64,000 nucleotides of DNA, from NCBI GenBank assembly GCA_965216875.1, contig OZ244207.1, forward strand, positions 3,904,001 to 3,968,000. The letters are read 5' to 3'. Below the pieces are notes generated by a model. The model searched no databases. It was not told the DNA's origin and saw only the letters and a list, made by a program, of their open reading frames with translations. Source of the DNA: Rubripirellula sp. (GTDB lineage Bacteria > Planctomycetota > Planctomycetia > Pirellulales > Pirellulaceae). Shown piece after piece: positions 1-10,105 of this stretch. The position numbers and the translations under genes were made by a program. Position 1 is the stretch's first letter. Each line of letters starts with the position of its first letter.

Positions 1-17
1 ACGTGCGCACCAGCAAT

Positions 18-99
18 CCCCCTCCCGCTTGCGGGAGGGTCGGACGCAAAGTCCGGGGAGGGAATGATCTTTGACAAACACTCTCCCAAGGGAGAGTGT
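18..99. repeat. Palindromic repeat family A (CCCTCCCGCnTGCGGGAGGG multi-hairpin)
   Basis: Hairpins at 20-39, 41-55 and 78-99. Related copies at 50700-50805 (inverted), 56770-56816 (inverted) and 59580-59658. Confidence 0.8.
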
Positions 100-130
100 C
101 TTTTAAAAGACGCCAATGCAATCTGTAGTA

Positions 131-3100
131 CTAAAACGCTTCGGAAGGTGCGAAGCCATCGCGGTCATTGTAAAGCAACTCGTCGATATTCCCTTTCTGC
201 TGCTCTTGGAAATCACCGTTCATGTTGAAGATATTGCCACGCAAGATGGACTTGCCCTTGGCTTTCTCGGCGGGTTGGCTCGGCGCCGGTGCGGCGGAAG
301 CTTCTCCTCCAAACGGATCGCCCGCAGGCACTGCCGGTACACCTTGCAAAGAAGTCTGACCGCGGAAAAACGCATACTTGTCGTCATCCACCAGCGCGAT
401 CACGGTCGAGGATCCTTTGATGTCGTCGGCAACAAACAAGCCTCGCAAATCGGTTGCCCCCGATTGGAATTGGTCGTTGGCCGAACCGATCACTTTGACG
501 TGAACGTCACCGACAAAGGAATCGGATGCCGAATCTTTTACCGTCACGCGGACTCGTCCCGATTGAACATCTTCAGCCACGTTCAACGCCAACGGGCTAA
601 CCAACACCAAACCGGAGGCGTACAAGTGTTCGCCTCGACAAACGACCAAGTAGGCCCCTTCATCCTTCAACGGCAGTCGTAGATCTTTGCTGCGGTCGCG
701 ATAGTCTTTTCCATCACCAAGACTCACCGTCTCTTCGTGATAAGGTTTGATCCCAGCAAGGTTGATCGCAGTAATGCGGTCGAGGTTACGTTGCATCAAC
801 CCGAACTTCATCAAATCGATGCGATAAACCTTGACCGCCAACTCACTGATGTTTCGGAAGTTCAGCTCGATCGTCTTTTCGGCGTCGGGTTCAATCGTTG
901 TCACTTCGTCCATTGCGATCTCTTTGCGTGTGAAGAACTCGATCGCTTCCGCCGCATCTGCAAATCGCTCTTTGACCCTGCCGTACTCGATGATCGCGTC
1001 GGCTGCTTTGCCAAGGCTGTGGTAGACCTGGCCCATGATGTAGATCGCTTCCCACTTGTTGTCCGCGACGCGCGTGCTTCCTGTCTCGGCCACGGGGAAT
1101 GAAGCGTCGGCGACTTTGCGGCACATTTCGAGCGCTCGTTCGTGATCTTCGAGTTCGAAATGGCTGTATCCGATCATGTACCAGTACGAATCAAGCAATC
1201 GACTGTCGGGATACCGTTTGGCGTAGGCCTGACATCGCTCGATGGCCGACTCGTATCGGTCCAGGTCGATCAGCGCCGTGGCCAACGCAAAACTGGCTTG
1301 ATCGTCGGCTGGATCGCTAGGCCAATTGGTCACGAAATGATCGAGCATTTCAATTGCTTCGCTGATCAGATGCACTCGATTGAAGCCGTCTTCTTTGAGC
1401 CGTTTGTCTTCTCCAACGGTACTCGAACGTCGATAGACTTCTTGTGCAAGCGCGTACGTTGCCGTTGCAACGTATGACTCAGGCGGATAGTCAGCGAGCA
1501 GCGATTCCATCGCCGCGACGCTCCGTACAAATTCACCCCGGGCATTCAAGAAGCCGGCAACCTGCGACTCACGTTCGAAGCTTGCTTCGACCGTCGAACG
1601 ATAGACAAGGTAACTCCGCTCGTATTCTCTCAGCTCTCGATAAGCGAGTGCGACCTGCAAGATCTGCTCGAAGGTGAGCTCGACCGATGGAAACTTCTCT
1701 TTCAGAATCTCAAAGTACTTGACGGTATGTGCATGGTCATTGCGAGCCAACGATGTTTCAAACAGCCATCCGACAACCTGTTGATTCTGCTTCGCTTTGA
1801 GTCGCCAATTCTCGAACAACTCGGCCAGATGTTGGTGAGCTTGTTCAAAGTCTTTTTTGGCAACCAACTGGCCACCGAAATGGTAGAGTTCGTCAGGCGT
1901 CAACTTGTACTGGTCGCTCGACACCTTGTCGCGACCAAGCACGGCCAGCAGCTTCGTCTTGGCAACGCTCATTCTTGACGGGTCGTAAAAACTGCGGAGC
2001 GACGACGGGGCCAGCTTGTATTGCCCGGGGACGTAACCCACCAAGGTGTAACGAACATCGCCAATGGTTCGTTTTGCTCCGACAAAGAACGTGATACTAC
2101 CGTCCGAAATCTCGAACCTTTGAAAATCACCGGTCACCGATCCGTCCAGCACCGTGCAGCCAGCCGGAAGGGGCTCGGACAGCACAAGGTAGTGATGCTG
2201 TTGATCCGGTGTGTTGGACGAATAACGTCGCCGCGGACTCAACGTGACCTCGCAGCGTGCACCGACGGGCAACTCGGTCAGGGTGTTATAGAACGGACGA
2301 TAGGAACCTTCGACGACACCGAATCCACGTGCCACTTCTTTTCCATCAAGCAGACGTCTGGCGGGTTCGTAGCGTCGCGAAACGGTCCAATCTTTCGTTG
2401 AGCTCGTCAGTTTTTCGGCTGGAACAAAACCGGTTAGCACCGCCGAGTAACTAAAGCGGCCGCGTCCTGTCATGTCAAAATTGATCGCCTGCGTTGCCCC
2501 CGCTTTTAGCAGTTCGCTCGGAATCGTCATCCGCTTGCTACTTTGCTCGGAGGGGTCGAAGGTGAACGTTTCCACTTCCTCGTTGTTAACCGAGACCGTC
2601 ATCGTATACTTTTCGGCGGTATGGCGGCCGCGCGAATGCCAGTCGGCCAACGCTGCGATCGCCGGTCCATTCGCTTTTTCGATGGTCCATCGTGAACCGA
2701 CACGACTTGCCAACAACCACTTGGCCAATTTCTGGATCTTCGCGTTCTCTTGAGCAACGCGTTGGTGAGCCAACATCAACAGAGCTCGCAACTCGACTCC
2801 GTTTCGAGTCCAGGGACTTTCCAAATCAGAACCTGCCGGTGCGGGCGTCCCGTCCGGCCTCACTTCAATGTTTGCCTTGACCAACGCCAACAGCTCCGTC
2901 GACATTTCGTTGTGGTTCATTGCCGACAGTGCGAGCGACAAGTGCACGAGCGAGGCATCGTTCATTTGGTTTCGCTGGCGATAGAGTCGGTTGGCGATTG
3001 CAAAGTTCGCATCCTTGGTTTCGGCCAACGCGTGCATCAGGACGGTTTGCAATTCGATTTGTCCTCGCGGCGCCGAAGCCAACGAGCTTTTCAGGTACGC

Positions 3101-6100
3101 CCGTCCCTTCTCGTAGGCAGGACCAGCAACCGCCAAACCCCTACGCCGAGCCGTTGCGAGCGCCCACATCGCCCGCGCCGAAAAATAGGCGTCCGCGGGT
3201 CCATTGGGCCGCCCCGACCAACTCCATGCCCCGTCATCTCGCTGCGCCGAGACCAACTCGGAAATCGCCGCCGTGACGCGGCCCGCGATCGCTTGGGATT
3301 CGGGCGACGGCTCATCAGCATTTCCAATCATCTGGAGCAGGGCAGTGCCCCCGATCACGTCACTGAGGCTACGTTCCAACGAATTCCCCAAGACGATGCC
3401 GCATCGATCAAGCGAAGGCTCCGTTCCCAACACGCCCTCAATCAACGTGCGATCGATGCTGCCGCCGAGGACGACTTGCAAGGTTGGGTTTTCAGCACCA
3501 ATCGATTCCTCAAAACCAAGCTGCACGAGCGTGCTCTGTGCGGAGCTACCACTGATCGTCTGGTAGACCGGGAAACCGTATGGTCGGATCGCCGCCGTGC
3601 GGACCACCGAATCTGTGATCTCCTGAGACTTCAATTCGACTTTGATCTCGGCGCGTTCCGATGCATCGATGTTGATCGCAAAGTCGATCGTTGAAATTCC
3701 CGCGCCGTCTACTTCGACTTTCTTCTTCTCAGTGACCGTCTTGTCGCCCAACGTCAATGTCAACGCTGCCTCGATCGACCGTTTGCCTTCGAGTGAATTG
3801 TGGATTTCGACGGGAATCACTGCCTTGTCACCGCTAGTGAAGGCCGATGGCATGCGAACCTCGGCGAACAGTTCTTTCTTGGTGAGGATTTCAACGCTCG
3901 CTTGGCCACCAAGCGACGACTTATTGATCGCCTTGCTGCGCAACTTCCACGATGTGGACCTGCCAGGCAACGTCAACACGACTTGAGCCTTGCCGGCATC
4001 GTCAGTCGCAATCCGCGGATTCCAAAACGCCGTTTCCGCCGAGGCCATGCGTGGCAGCAACTGAACGCCTTCGTTCTTGGCAAGTGCTTTCAGTTTTTTT
4101 ACATCACGTCCGTTGAATGCCAGAAACACACCTCGCCCGGTCAACCCATTGATCGTGACATCCTCGGCCATCGGACGATCCCAGGTCGTGATGACGCCCG
4201 GCCCAGGACCAGCCACTCCTTGGCCCGGCACATTAAGCTGCTCGTAGAAAACGTCGATTCGTTGTCGGTACCGATTGGGGATCGCGCCCGACGCGGTTTG
4301 TGGTACCGCAGATTGCCCAGCAAATTGCCCGGCAATCGAAAGATTGGCAGGCACCTGAGCACCGTTGCGGATCACATGCCGACGAGTACCGCTTTGTTGA
4401 TAGGCGGAGCGAAGCTCATCCGTCAGACCTTCAAAGTCCTCTTCGACCATTCCACTGATTCGCCCATCGGCCGCCATCTCGGCAAGTTCAATCGTGGCGA
4501 TGATGCCGTCACCGTCCATGTCAATGTCCGCGCCGCCAGCTTCGACACCCCAACGCCGACCTTCGAAAGAAAAAGAGTCATCAAACTCGGGCGTGATCGC
4601 ATCGTAAAACGCGTTGCTTTCCATCGCGTGCCATTCGTTCACTTCCCCGAGGGCTCGCGTCTGTTGTTGGAGCCGTTCGATTCGCTGTACCTCTGCCAAC
4701 AACTGCTCACTGATCCGCTGCGTGGTCGGACGATACTTGAAAGTGCAACTCGTTGTTTGCCGCACAGCGCGTCGCCGCACATCAGCGCCGAAAAAGGCTT
4801 GAATCGCCCCCTGAAACTCACTAAACCGATTGAGCAAATTGCTTTGAACCAGCGCGAGCGACAGTTCGGCGGCGACCGGTTTGCCCTGTGGATCGGTCAC
4901 TTCTATGTCAACGGTCAAAGGATCGCCTGGGCGGAGCGTCGTCTTGTTTGGCTTAAGCACAACGTTCAAACGCTGCGCCACCTGAAATCCACTTGTCGCA
5001 GTGTGAAATTCGTTGCGTTGCATCACCGCGACGGACAAAAAGAAATTCGGAGCCAACTCAGCGACCATTGGGATGTCGAGCTTGTTGACGCCATTCTTCA
5101 AATTCACCAGCTCATATTGCAGGATCCTGGCACCCTCGAACGTGACCAAAGCCAGGGCCGGCGACTCGCGCCAGTGCAGCTGTACATTTGCCTCTTCGCC
5201 AACCTCGAATGAGTGTCGTTGGGCGAGGATTCGCAATCGAGTCTTGTCTTTGTCGCCCGAGACAAGCAAACGTTTTTGGCCACTGACATCGTTTCCAAAC
5301 TGGTCGGTCCCCGTTGCCCGAACGATGTAGCGTCCTCCTTCTTCCAGCGTTAGCGTCTTGCGCGTTTTTCCCGTGGTGGCATCTGACTTGACCTTGTAGG
5401 TGTCGACCAAACGCTGACCAGCGGTTCCGTTGACCTTGGTCTGCAAAAACACCTCGACAACCAAATCGGTTTCAACGGGAGAGCCAGCGGGATCCGACAC
5501 ATTGAAGGTCGCTTCAAACGACTCGCCGCTGATATACACCTCGCGGGGCCAGTCGACGCCGATTTCGAAACCACGTGTTGCCAGGTACACGTTCTTACTC
5601 GACGCGATTCCGCGATCTGGATATTGAACAGCGAGCGTCAAAGCCTGTGCTTCACTGAAACGCTGAGTGTCGAATTCGATATCGACCTTTCCCTCGGCAT
5701 CGGTTTTGGCAGTAATCTGTTCGCTGCCAGGACCGAATGACAGGATCACCTTCTCGTCCGACAGCGGTGTTCCGTAGTAGTAGCGAAGCGTCGCGGAACC
5801 GACAACTTTTTCGCCGCGGTAGTAAACATCCTTGTTGAGATCGATCACCACTTCGACAGGTTCAAGTCGGTATTCGGCAACGGCAAAACGCGTTTCAAAC
5901 GACAGGTCGTCGGAAGTCGAACGCGTGCGATGCAGATGCACTCGGTATTCACCTTGGGGCGCGGTTTCGGGCAAGATCAAGTTGTTCGAGATCGTGCCAA
6001 ACTCGTTCAGCAGAACATCACTCGATTGGATTTGGCGACCACGAGAGTCGTAGACATCCAACTTGAATTTCTCGCCCGGCGAAAACGTGAAGCGGTCCTG

Positions 6101-8503
6101 ATCGACCCAACGCACGATCCCCTTGATGTTGACCAGTTGTCCGGCTCGGTAGGCTGGCCGATCGGTGTAGAGGTAGCCTCGCGGCGTGAGGCCGACGGCA
6201 AAATCGAGTCCGTTGAGTTGGTTGACCGTCGAAGCGACGTGGCCGTCCCGAATGGCAAACACGCGGAGGTCGGTAATGGACTTGAATCGTTCATCCGAAG
6301 TCTTCAAAACTCCATCGTCGCCAGTGACCGCTTCGGCAAATACTTGGGAACCGTCACTGATCAACACGCTCGTCCCCGGCGCCGGCTTGCCGGTCCGCAT
6401 GTCTTCGACGAAAAGAAACAGTTCGTTTCGAGACGCTTTCACAATCACATCGATGTCGCTCACCACAAGCATGGTGGTGACATCCAACTCGTCCGACGAC
6501 ACCGTCACTGCCGACACCCCAACGCCGTCGACGGGGATCTCGATATCACTGTCAATTCTGCCGTATTGCTGGTACTCGGCGACCGAGTGTTCGAATTGTT
6601 GATCAGGATCGATCAAGGCGATGTCAAGCGACTCGATTCCTCGGGCCAAGTGCATCTTGCGAAAGTAATCGGTCATGTCGACCCGATAGACTTTCACAGT
6701 GACCTTCTCGATGTTTCGCGTCGTGAGTTTGATGCGTGGCTTTTCGTCGCTTCGATACTTGCGTTCGGTCGCGATTTCCAAATGCGGGGTCGTCAGTCGG
6801 CTGATCCGCTGTTTGGCTTGGCCTTCGTAGTTGCCTTTGACTTCTTTGTATCGCTCGAGTGCTTCGGGCAGCCGCTGCAACCGGTCCTCGAGCGTCACAC
6901 CGATCATAAAGGCGGCTTGGGACGCTTCGTTGCTTGACGGGTATTTGTTGACGAGTCTTCGCCAGTCGGCGATGGCATCGAGAAAGAGCTTTTTACATTC
7001 GTCATTGACACGGATGCTTTGCGCAGAATCGCCCCGCGCGATCGCTTCCCGAACACGCTCGTAATGCGTGTCGACACCTTGCTTGAAGTTCATCTGGCCA
7101 AACTGATAGAAGATTCCCGGCGCTCGAGCATCGAGCGGGTACTTGTTCATGAAGGTTTGCCAAACCGTGCGGGCTAACTCGTAGTCTTTGTTGGCATTGG
7201 CGTGTTGGGCTTTGGCATATTCAGCGTCAACGATCTGCTGTTGAACCGACGGCCAATTCGGGTCAGTCGGATGTCGGTCAAGGAACTCGCCCCAGGCCTC
7301 GATCGCTCGATCGAATTGCTGGCTGGCCAGGTAGGCTTGTCCCAGTTGGCGACGCGCGACCGGCAACTGTTTCGATTCGACGTATTTGGGATTCTCGATC
7401 AATTGTTTCAGTTGATCGATCGCCGACTCGTAGCGTTTGTGATGCAAGAAGCCTTGGGCCACCTCAAGCTCTGCGACCGCTGCAAGAGCATGGTTGGGAT
7501 GCGAGTCGAGAAACCGTTCCGCGGCGGCGACTGCAAGTTCGAGATCACCGACCGACCCCGGTTTGGGCAAACCATACGTATGGGCCAAGCGGTACTTTGC
7601 TTGAGCTAGGAACTCGTCGACCGAATCGTCCGCCGCTTCAAACTCCTCGGCTCGCAGCATGTCTTGCCACGTTCGTCGAGCCGCCGCGTGCTGGTTGGCC
7701 TTGAGCTGCACCGCCCCTAATCGATAACGAACTTCGGCAAGTTCCGCGAGCGTTGCACTGACGGCTAACTTCGGTTCGTCGACAGAGTAGTTGGTGAGAA
7801 AACGCCCGAACGCGCCGATCGCTTCACCGTCACTGCCGGTTTCTTCAAAGCAACGCGCGATCCGAAAATCCAACCGTTTCATCAGCTGGCTGGTCGGCTT
7901 GAGCTTGGCGGCTTCCTGGTAGTACGTCAGCGCCTGCTTGAAGTCGGGGCGTTTGGCTTGCGAAGGGTCGTCCGCCGGGATCCCCTCGTAGTAGCGATCC
8001 GCAAACTCCAAATAGATGCTGGCCAGCTCATCCTTGCGTTCATGCGAAAGCAGCTTTTCGGCTTGCTCGCGGTAGATGAGTCCGGCTTCGTTGTAGAGTC
8101 GCTGGTCGACCAACACGCCCGCTCGTCCGAATTGGGCGCGATTGGCCCACACGCTGTCAGGAAAGTCATCCTCGACCTTTTGATACGCCTTGATCGCTTC
8201 GTCATAGCGGTTCAGTTCCGCAAAGGCGATGCCGCGCAGGTACGACAAGTAGGCAACCGTGTCCTCGGGCAATCTTGGTTTGACGAGCAACTGGTCAAGC
8301 TGCTCGATCGCTTCGTCATACGAGCGCGACTGGATCGCTTCGTGAACCTCTGCTGGGATCCGCGGTAGCGAGGTAATCTTGGGCGGACTCTTCTTGGCAT
8401 CACCCTGGGCACCGTCTTGGTCACCTTGAGCGTAAAGAGTAGGTGCCAGCAAACATGCCAACACGGTAGCTAGGGCGAAACGAAATGGGTTCCGACGGAG
8501 CAT
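131..8503 (-). CDS. Giant exported alpha-2-macroglobulin-family protein with N- and C-terminal TPR arrays
   Basis: 2790-aa ORF with a signal peptide and helical TPR-like repeats. MG2 motif YLYTDRPAYRAGQLV, post-bait motif ETAFWNP, and TED-like segment QRDDGAWSW. Confidence 0.9.
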   Translation of the reverse strand: MLRRNPFRFALATVLACLLAPTLYAQGDQDGAQGDAKKSPPKITSLPRIPAEVHEAIQSRSYDEAIEQLDQLLVKPRLPEDTVAYLSYLRGIAFAELNRYDEAIKAYQKVEDDFPDSVWANRAQFGRAGVLVDQRLYNEAGLIYREQAEKLLSHERKDELASIYLEFADRYYEGIPADDPSQAKRPDFKQALTYYQEAAKLKPTSQLMKRLDFRIARCFEETGSDGEAIGAFGRFLTNYSVDEPKLAVSATLAELAEVRYRLGAVQLKANQHAAARRTWQDMLRAEEFEAADDSVDEFLAQAKYRLAHTYGLPKPGSVGDLELAVAAAERFLDSHPNHALAAVAELEVAQGFLHHKRYESAIDQLKQLIENPKYVESKQLPVARRQLGQAYLASQQFDRAIEAWGEFLDRHPTDPNWPSVQQQIVDAEYAKAQHANANKDYELARTVWQTFMNKYPLDARAPGIFYQFGQMNFKQGVDTHYERVREAIARGDSAQSIRVNDECKKLFLDAIADWRRLVNKYPSSNEASQAAFMIGVTLEDRLQRLPEALERYKEVKGNYEGQAKQRISRLTTPHLEIATERKYRSDEKPRIKLTTRNIEKVTVKVYRVDMTDYFRKMHLARGIESLDIALIDPDQQFEHSVAEYQQYGRIDSDIEIPVDGVGVSAVTVSSDELDVTTMLVVSDIDVIVKASRNELFLFVEDMRTGKPAPGTSVLISDGSQVFAEAVTGDDGVLKTSDERFKSITDLRVFAIRDGHVASTVNQLNGLDFAVGLTPRGYLYTDRPAYRAGQLVNIKGIVRWVDQDRFTFSPGEKFKLDVYDSRGRQIQSSDVLLNEFGTISNNLILPETAPQGEYRVHLHRTRSTSDDLSFETRFAVAEYRLEPVEVVIDLNKDVYYRGEKVVGSATLRYYYGTPLSDEKVILSFGPGSEQITAKTDAEGKVDIEFDTQRFSEAQALTLAVQYPDRGIASSKNVYLATRGFEIGVDWPREVYISGESFEATFNVSDPAGSPVETDLVVEVFLQTKVNGTAGQRLVDTYKVKSDATTGKTRKTLTLEEGGRYIVRATGTDQFGNDVSGQKRLLVSGDKDKTRLRILAQRHSFEVGEEANVQLHWRESPALALVTFEGARILQYELVNLKNGVNKLDIPMVAELAPNFFLSVAVMQRNEFHTATSGFQVAQRLNVVLKPNKTTLRPGDPLTVDIEVTDPQGKPVAAELSLALVQSNLLNRFSEFQGAIQAFFGADVRRRAVRQTTSCTFKYRPTTQRISEQLLAEVQRIERLQQQTRALGEVNEWHAMESNAFYDAITPEFDDSFSFEGRRWGVEAGGADIDMDGDGIIATIELAEMAADGRISGMVEEDFEGLTDELRSAYQQSGTRRHVIRNGAQVPANLSIAGQFAGQSAVPQTASGAIPNRYRQRIDVFYEQLNVPGQGVAGPGPGVITTWDRPMAEDVTINGLTGRGVFLAFNGRDVKKLKALAKNEGVQLLPRMASAETAFWNPRIATDDAGKAQVVLTLPGRSTSWKLRSKAINKSSLGGQASVEILTKKELFAEVRMPSAFTSGDKAVIPVEIHNSLEGKRSIEAALTLTLGDKTVTEKKKVEVDGAGISTIDFAINIDASERAEIKVELKSQEITDSVVRTAAIRPYGFPVYQTISGSSAQSTLVQLGFEESIGAENPTLQVVLGGSIDRTLIEGVLGTEPSLDRCGIVLGNSLERSLSDVIGGTALLQMIGNADEPSPESQAIAGRVTAAISELVSAQRDDGAWSWSGRPNGPADAYFSARAMWALATARRRGLAVAGPAYEKGRAYLKSSLASAPRGQIELQTVLMHALAETKDANFAIANRLYRQRNQMNDASLVHLSLALSAMNHNEMSTELLALVKANIEVRPDGTPAPAGSDLESPWTRNGVELRALLMLAHQRVAQENAKIQKLAKWLLASRVGSRWTIEKANGPAIAALADWHSRGRHTAEKYTMTVSVNNEEVETFTFDPSEQSSKRMTIPSELLKAGATQAINFDMTGRGRFSYSAVLTGFVPAEKLTSSTKDWTVSRRYEPARRLLDGKEVARGFGVVEGSYRPFYNTLTELPVGARCEVTLSPRRRYSSNTPDQQHHYLVLSEPLPAGCTVLDGSVTGDFQRFEISDGSITFFVGAKRTIGDVRYTLVGYVPGQYKLAPSSLRSFYDPSRMSVAKTKLLAVLGRDKVSSDQYKLTPDELYHFGGQLVAKKDFEQAHQHLAELFENWRLKAKQNQQVVGWLFETSLARNDHAHTVKYFEILKEKFPSVELTFEQILQVALAYRELREYERSYLVYRSTVEASFERESQVAGFLNARGEFVRSVAAMESLLADYPPESYVATATYALAQEVYRRSSTVGEDKRLKEDGFNRVHLISEAIEMLDHFVTNWPSDPADDQASFALATALIDLDRYESAIERCQAYAKRYPDSRLLDSYWYMIGYSHFELEDHERALEMCRKVADASFPVAETGSTRVADNKWEAIYIMGQVYHSLGKAADAIIEYGRVKERFADAAEAIEFFTRKEIAMDEVTTIEPDAEKTIELNFRNISELAVKVYRIDLMKFGLMQRNLDRITAINLAGIKPYHEETVSLGDGKDYRDRSKDLRLPLKDEGAYLVVCRGEHLYASGLVLVSPLALNVAEDVQSGRVRVTVKDSASDSFVGDVHVKVIGSANDQFQSGATDLRGLFVADDIKGSSTVIALVDDDKYAFFRGQTSLQGVPAVPAGDPFGGEASAAPAPSQPAEKAKGKSILRGNIFNMNGDFQEQQKGNIDELLYNDRDGFAPSEAF

Positions 8504-8644
8504 GTTTCCGTATCCTCACTTCGAGAAGGCTGGGCGCAGACAGAGGGTGCTGCGAGATGAGCACGTCACATGTACAACGACCAGCCTACCAACCTGTTAG
8601 GTGCTTTTGTCGAATTTGTGCGATCCGAAAGGCGATGTTTTTGC

Positions 8645-8686
8645 GTAGGCCGGAATCAAGGAGCGACTGCGACGCAGATCCGGCAC
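8645..8686 (+). repeat. REP family B (GTAGGCCGGATCAAGGAGCG...GATCCGGCAC)
   Basis: Other copies at 27384-27424 (-), 31398-31438 (+), 48831-48870 (+) and 53615-53655 (-). Confidence 0.85.
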
Positions 8687-8708
8687 GATCTCAATACGTC
8701 AATCCTTT

Positions 8709-8975
8709 AGGGCTGTAGCATCCTTCGCCAGAAGGTGGAACACGCTACCAAGCGGCTCTCCAACACCCCACGCTCTGGCGAGCGTAGCTACGAGGGAACA
8801 GGGCTGTAGCTACCTTCGCCAGAAGGTGGAACGCGCGACCGAACGGCTCTCCACCACCCCACGCTATGGCGAGCGTAGCTACGAGGTAGTAGGGCTGTAG
8901 CTACCTTCGCCAGAAGGTGGAACGCGCTACCGAACGTCTCTCCAACACCCCACGCTCTGGCGAGCGTAGCTACGG
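8709..8975. repeat. Three tandem 91-bp units, each an inverted REP doublet (REPIN-like, family C)
   Basis: Units start at 8709, 8800 and 8891. Each is GTAGCTACCTTCGCCAGAAGGTGG, about 29 nt of spacer, then CCACGCTCTGGCGAGCGTAGCTAC. Confidence 0.9.
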
Positions 8976-9016
8976 GTTGGCGACGAGTAGCGTAGCGACG
9001 GCGTCGCGACGGGGAA

Positions 9017-9628
9017 TCACTCGTTCTCGGGGTTTTGCTTGCGGTGTCGCTCAAGACGCTCGATCGCGCGGAGAAGCTGCTTCTTGGCGATTTCCACCTC
9101 CTTGTCTTTGCGACGAATCCCCTCGGTTGATGACAGGCTGCGTCCAATCAACCGCTCGAGTTGTTGTTGCTGGACTTGGACGTCGGCCAGGGTAGCGCGT
9201 GCATATTCAACCTCGGTCTCGAGCACAAGCTCGCGATCCCCATGCGCCGCGATTGCTTCTTCGAGCTGCAGTTTTGCGACTTCGACCGCATGCTTGGCAA
9301 CGGCAAGCTCATGCTCGTTTGCCTGCCCATTGGCAACGGCAGTTTCGGTCGAGGCAAGCTTACTTTCAGCCAGCGTGACATTCGCTTTACTTACGGCGAT
9401 GCTTGATTGGTTGGATTCCCCTCCTGACCGTTCGGCCAACTTCCGTTCCAGCTGCTTGACACGTGCCTCGAGACGATCGATCCGCTTGTCCAACCGCAAC
9501 GACTCGGCCTGCCGACTGACCCTCGATTCGGCCGACGAGGGAAACTGCCCTTGGCACCAGTTCACCGTCACAGCGACCGCCAACAAACAACCGATGAAAC
9601 AGATTCGCTTTCGCGGTACACGGCCCAT
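9017..9628 (-). CDS. Hypothetical exported coiled-coil protein
   Basis: 203-aa ORF with a hydrophobic signal-like N-terminus followed by heptad-rich helices. Confidence 0.7.
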   Translation of the reverse strand: MGRVPRKRICFIGCLLAVAVTVNWCQGQFPSSAESRVSRQAESLRLDKRIDRLEARVKQLERKLAERSGGESNQSSIAVSKANVTLAESKLASTETAVANGQANEHELAVAKHAVEVAKLQLEEAIAAHGDRELVLETEVEYARATLADVQVQQQQLERLIGRSLSSTEGIRRKDKEVEIAKKQLLRAIERLERHRKQNPENE

Positions 9629-9747
9629 GGAGTTGCTCCTGATTTCGACTACAGTTCAAATGTCGACTACCGAATCATAATGGCAAGCATCCATTGCACA
9701 CGATTCGGTGAAATCCGAAATTCCAACAAGATTGCCCCACGACAACG

Positions 9748-10098
9748 ATGATCGACTACGAAACGTACACCACCGGTGATGACGATGACATTCTGGTGAT
9801 GGAGCTTGCCGGACGCCTCGATGAACACACGTCCGATTTCCTGGTCGACTGCCTCTCGCGTCACCTCGCCAAAGGCCTGACCAAGATCATCCTCGACTGT
9901 AGCAATCTCGAACAAGTCTCCAGTTTCGGCCTGAGCGCCCTGGTACGAGTTCACACGCGCCTGAAACGAAGTGGTGGCGAAGTGAAGCTGGCCGAAGTCT
10001 CAGGAACGATCGCCGACGTGTTGAGGATCGTCCATTTCGACCGACTGTTTAACATCTACCCAACGGTCGAAGCGGCGCAGCAAGCGCTCGAACAATAA
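9748..10098 (+). CDS. STAS-domain anti-sigma-factor antagonist
   Basis: GRLD...IILDCSNLEQVSSFGLSAL...FNIYPTVEAA matches the STAS pattern. Confidence 0.9.
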   Translation: MIDYETYTTGDDDDILVMELAGRLDEHTSDFLVDCLSRHLAKGLTKIILDCSNLEQVSSFGLSALVRVHTRLKRSGGEVKLAEVSGTIADVLRIVHFDRLFNIYPTVEAAQQALEQ

Positions 10099-10105
10099 CG
10101 CTCGC

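Noticed and set aside
8709..8975. CRISPR array
   Set aside because: The intervening sequences are near-copies of each other, the units are inverted doublets found dispersed elsewhere, and there are no cas genes.
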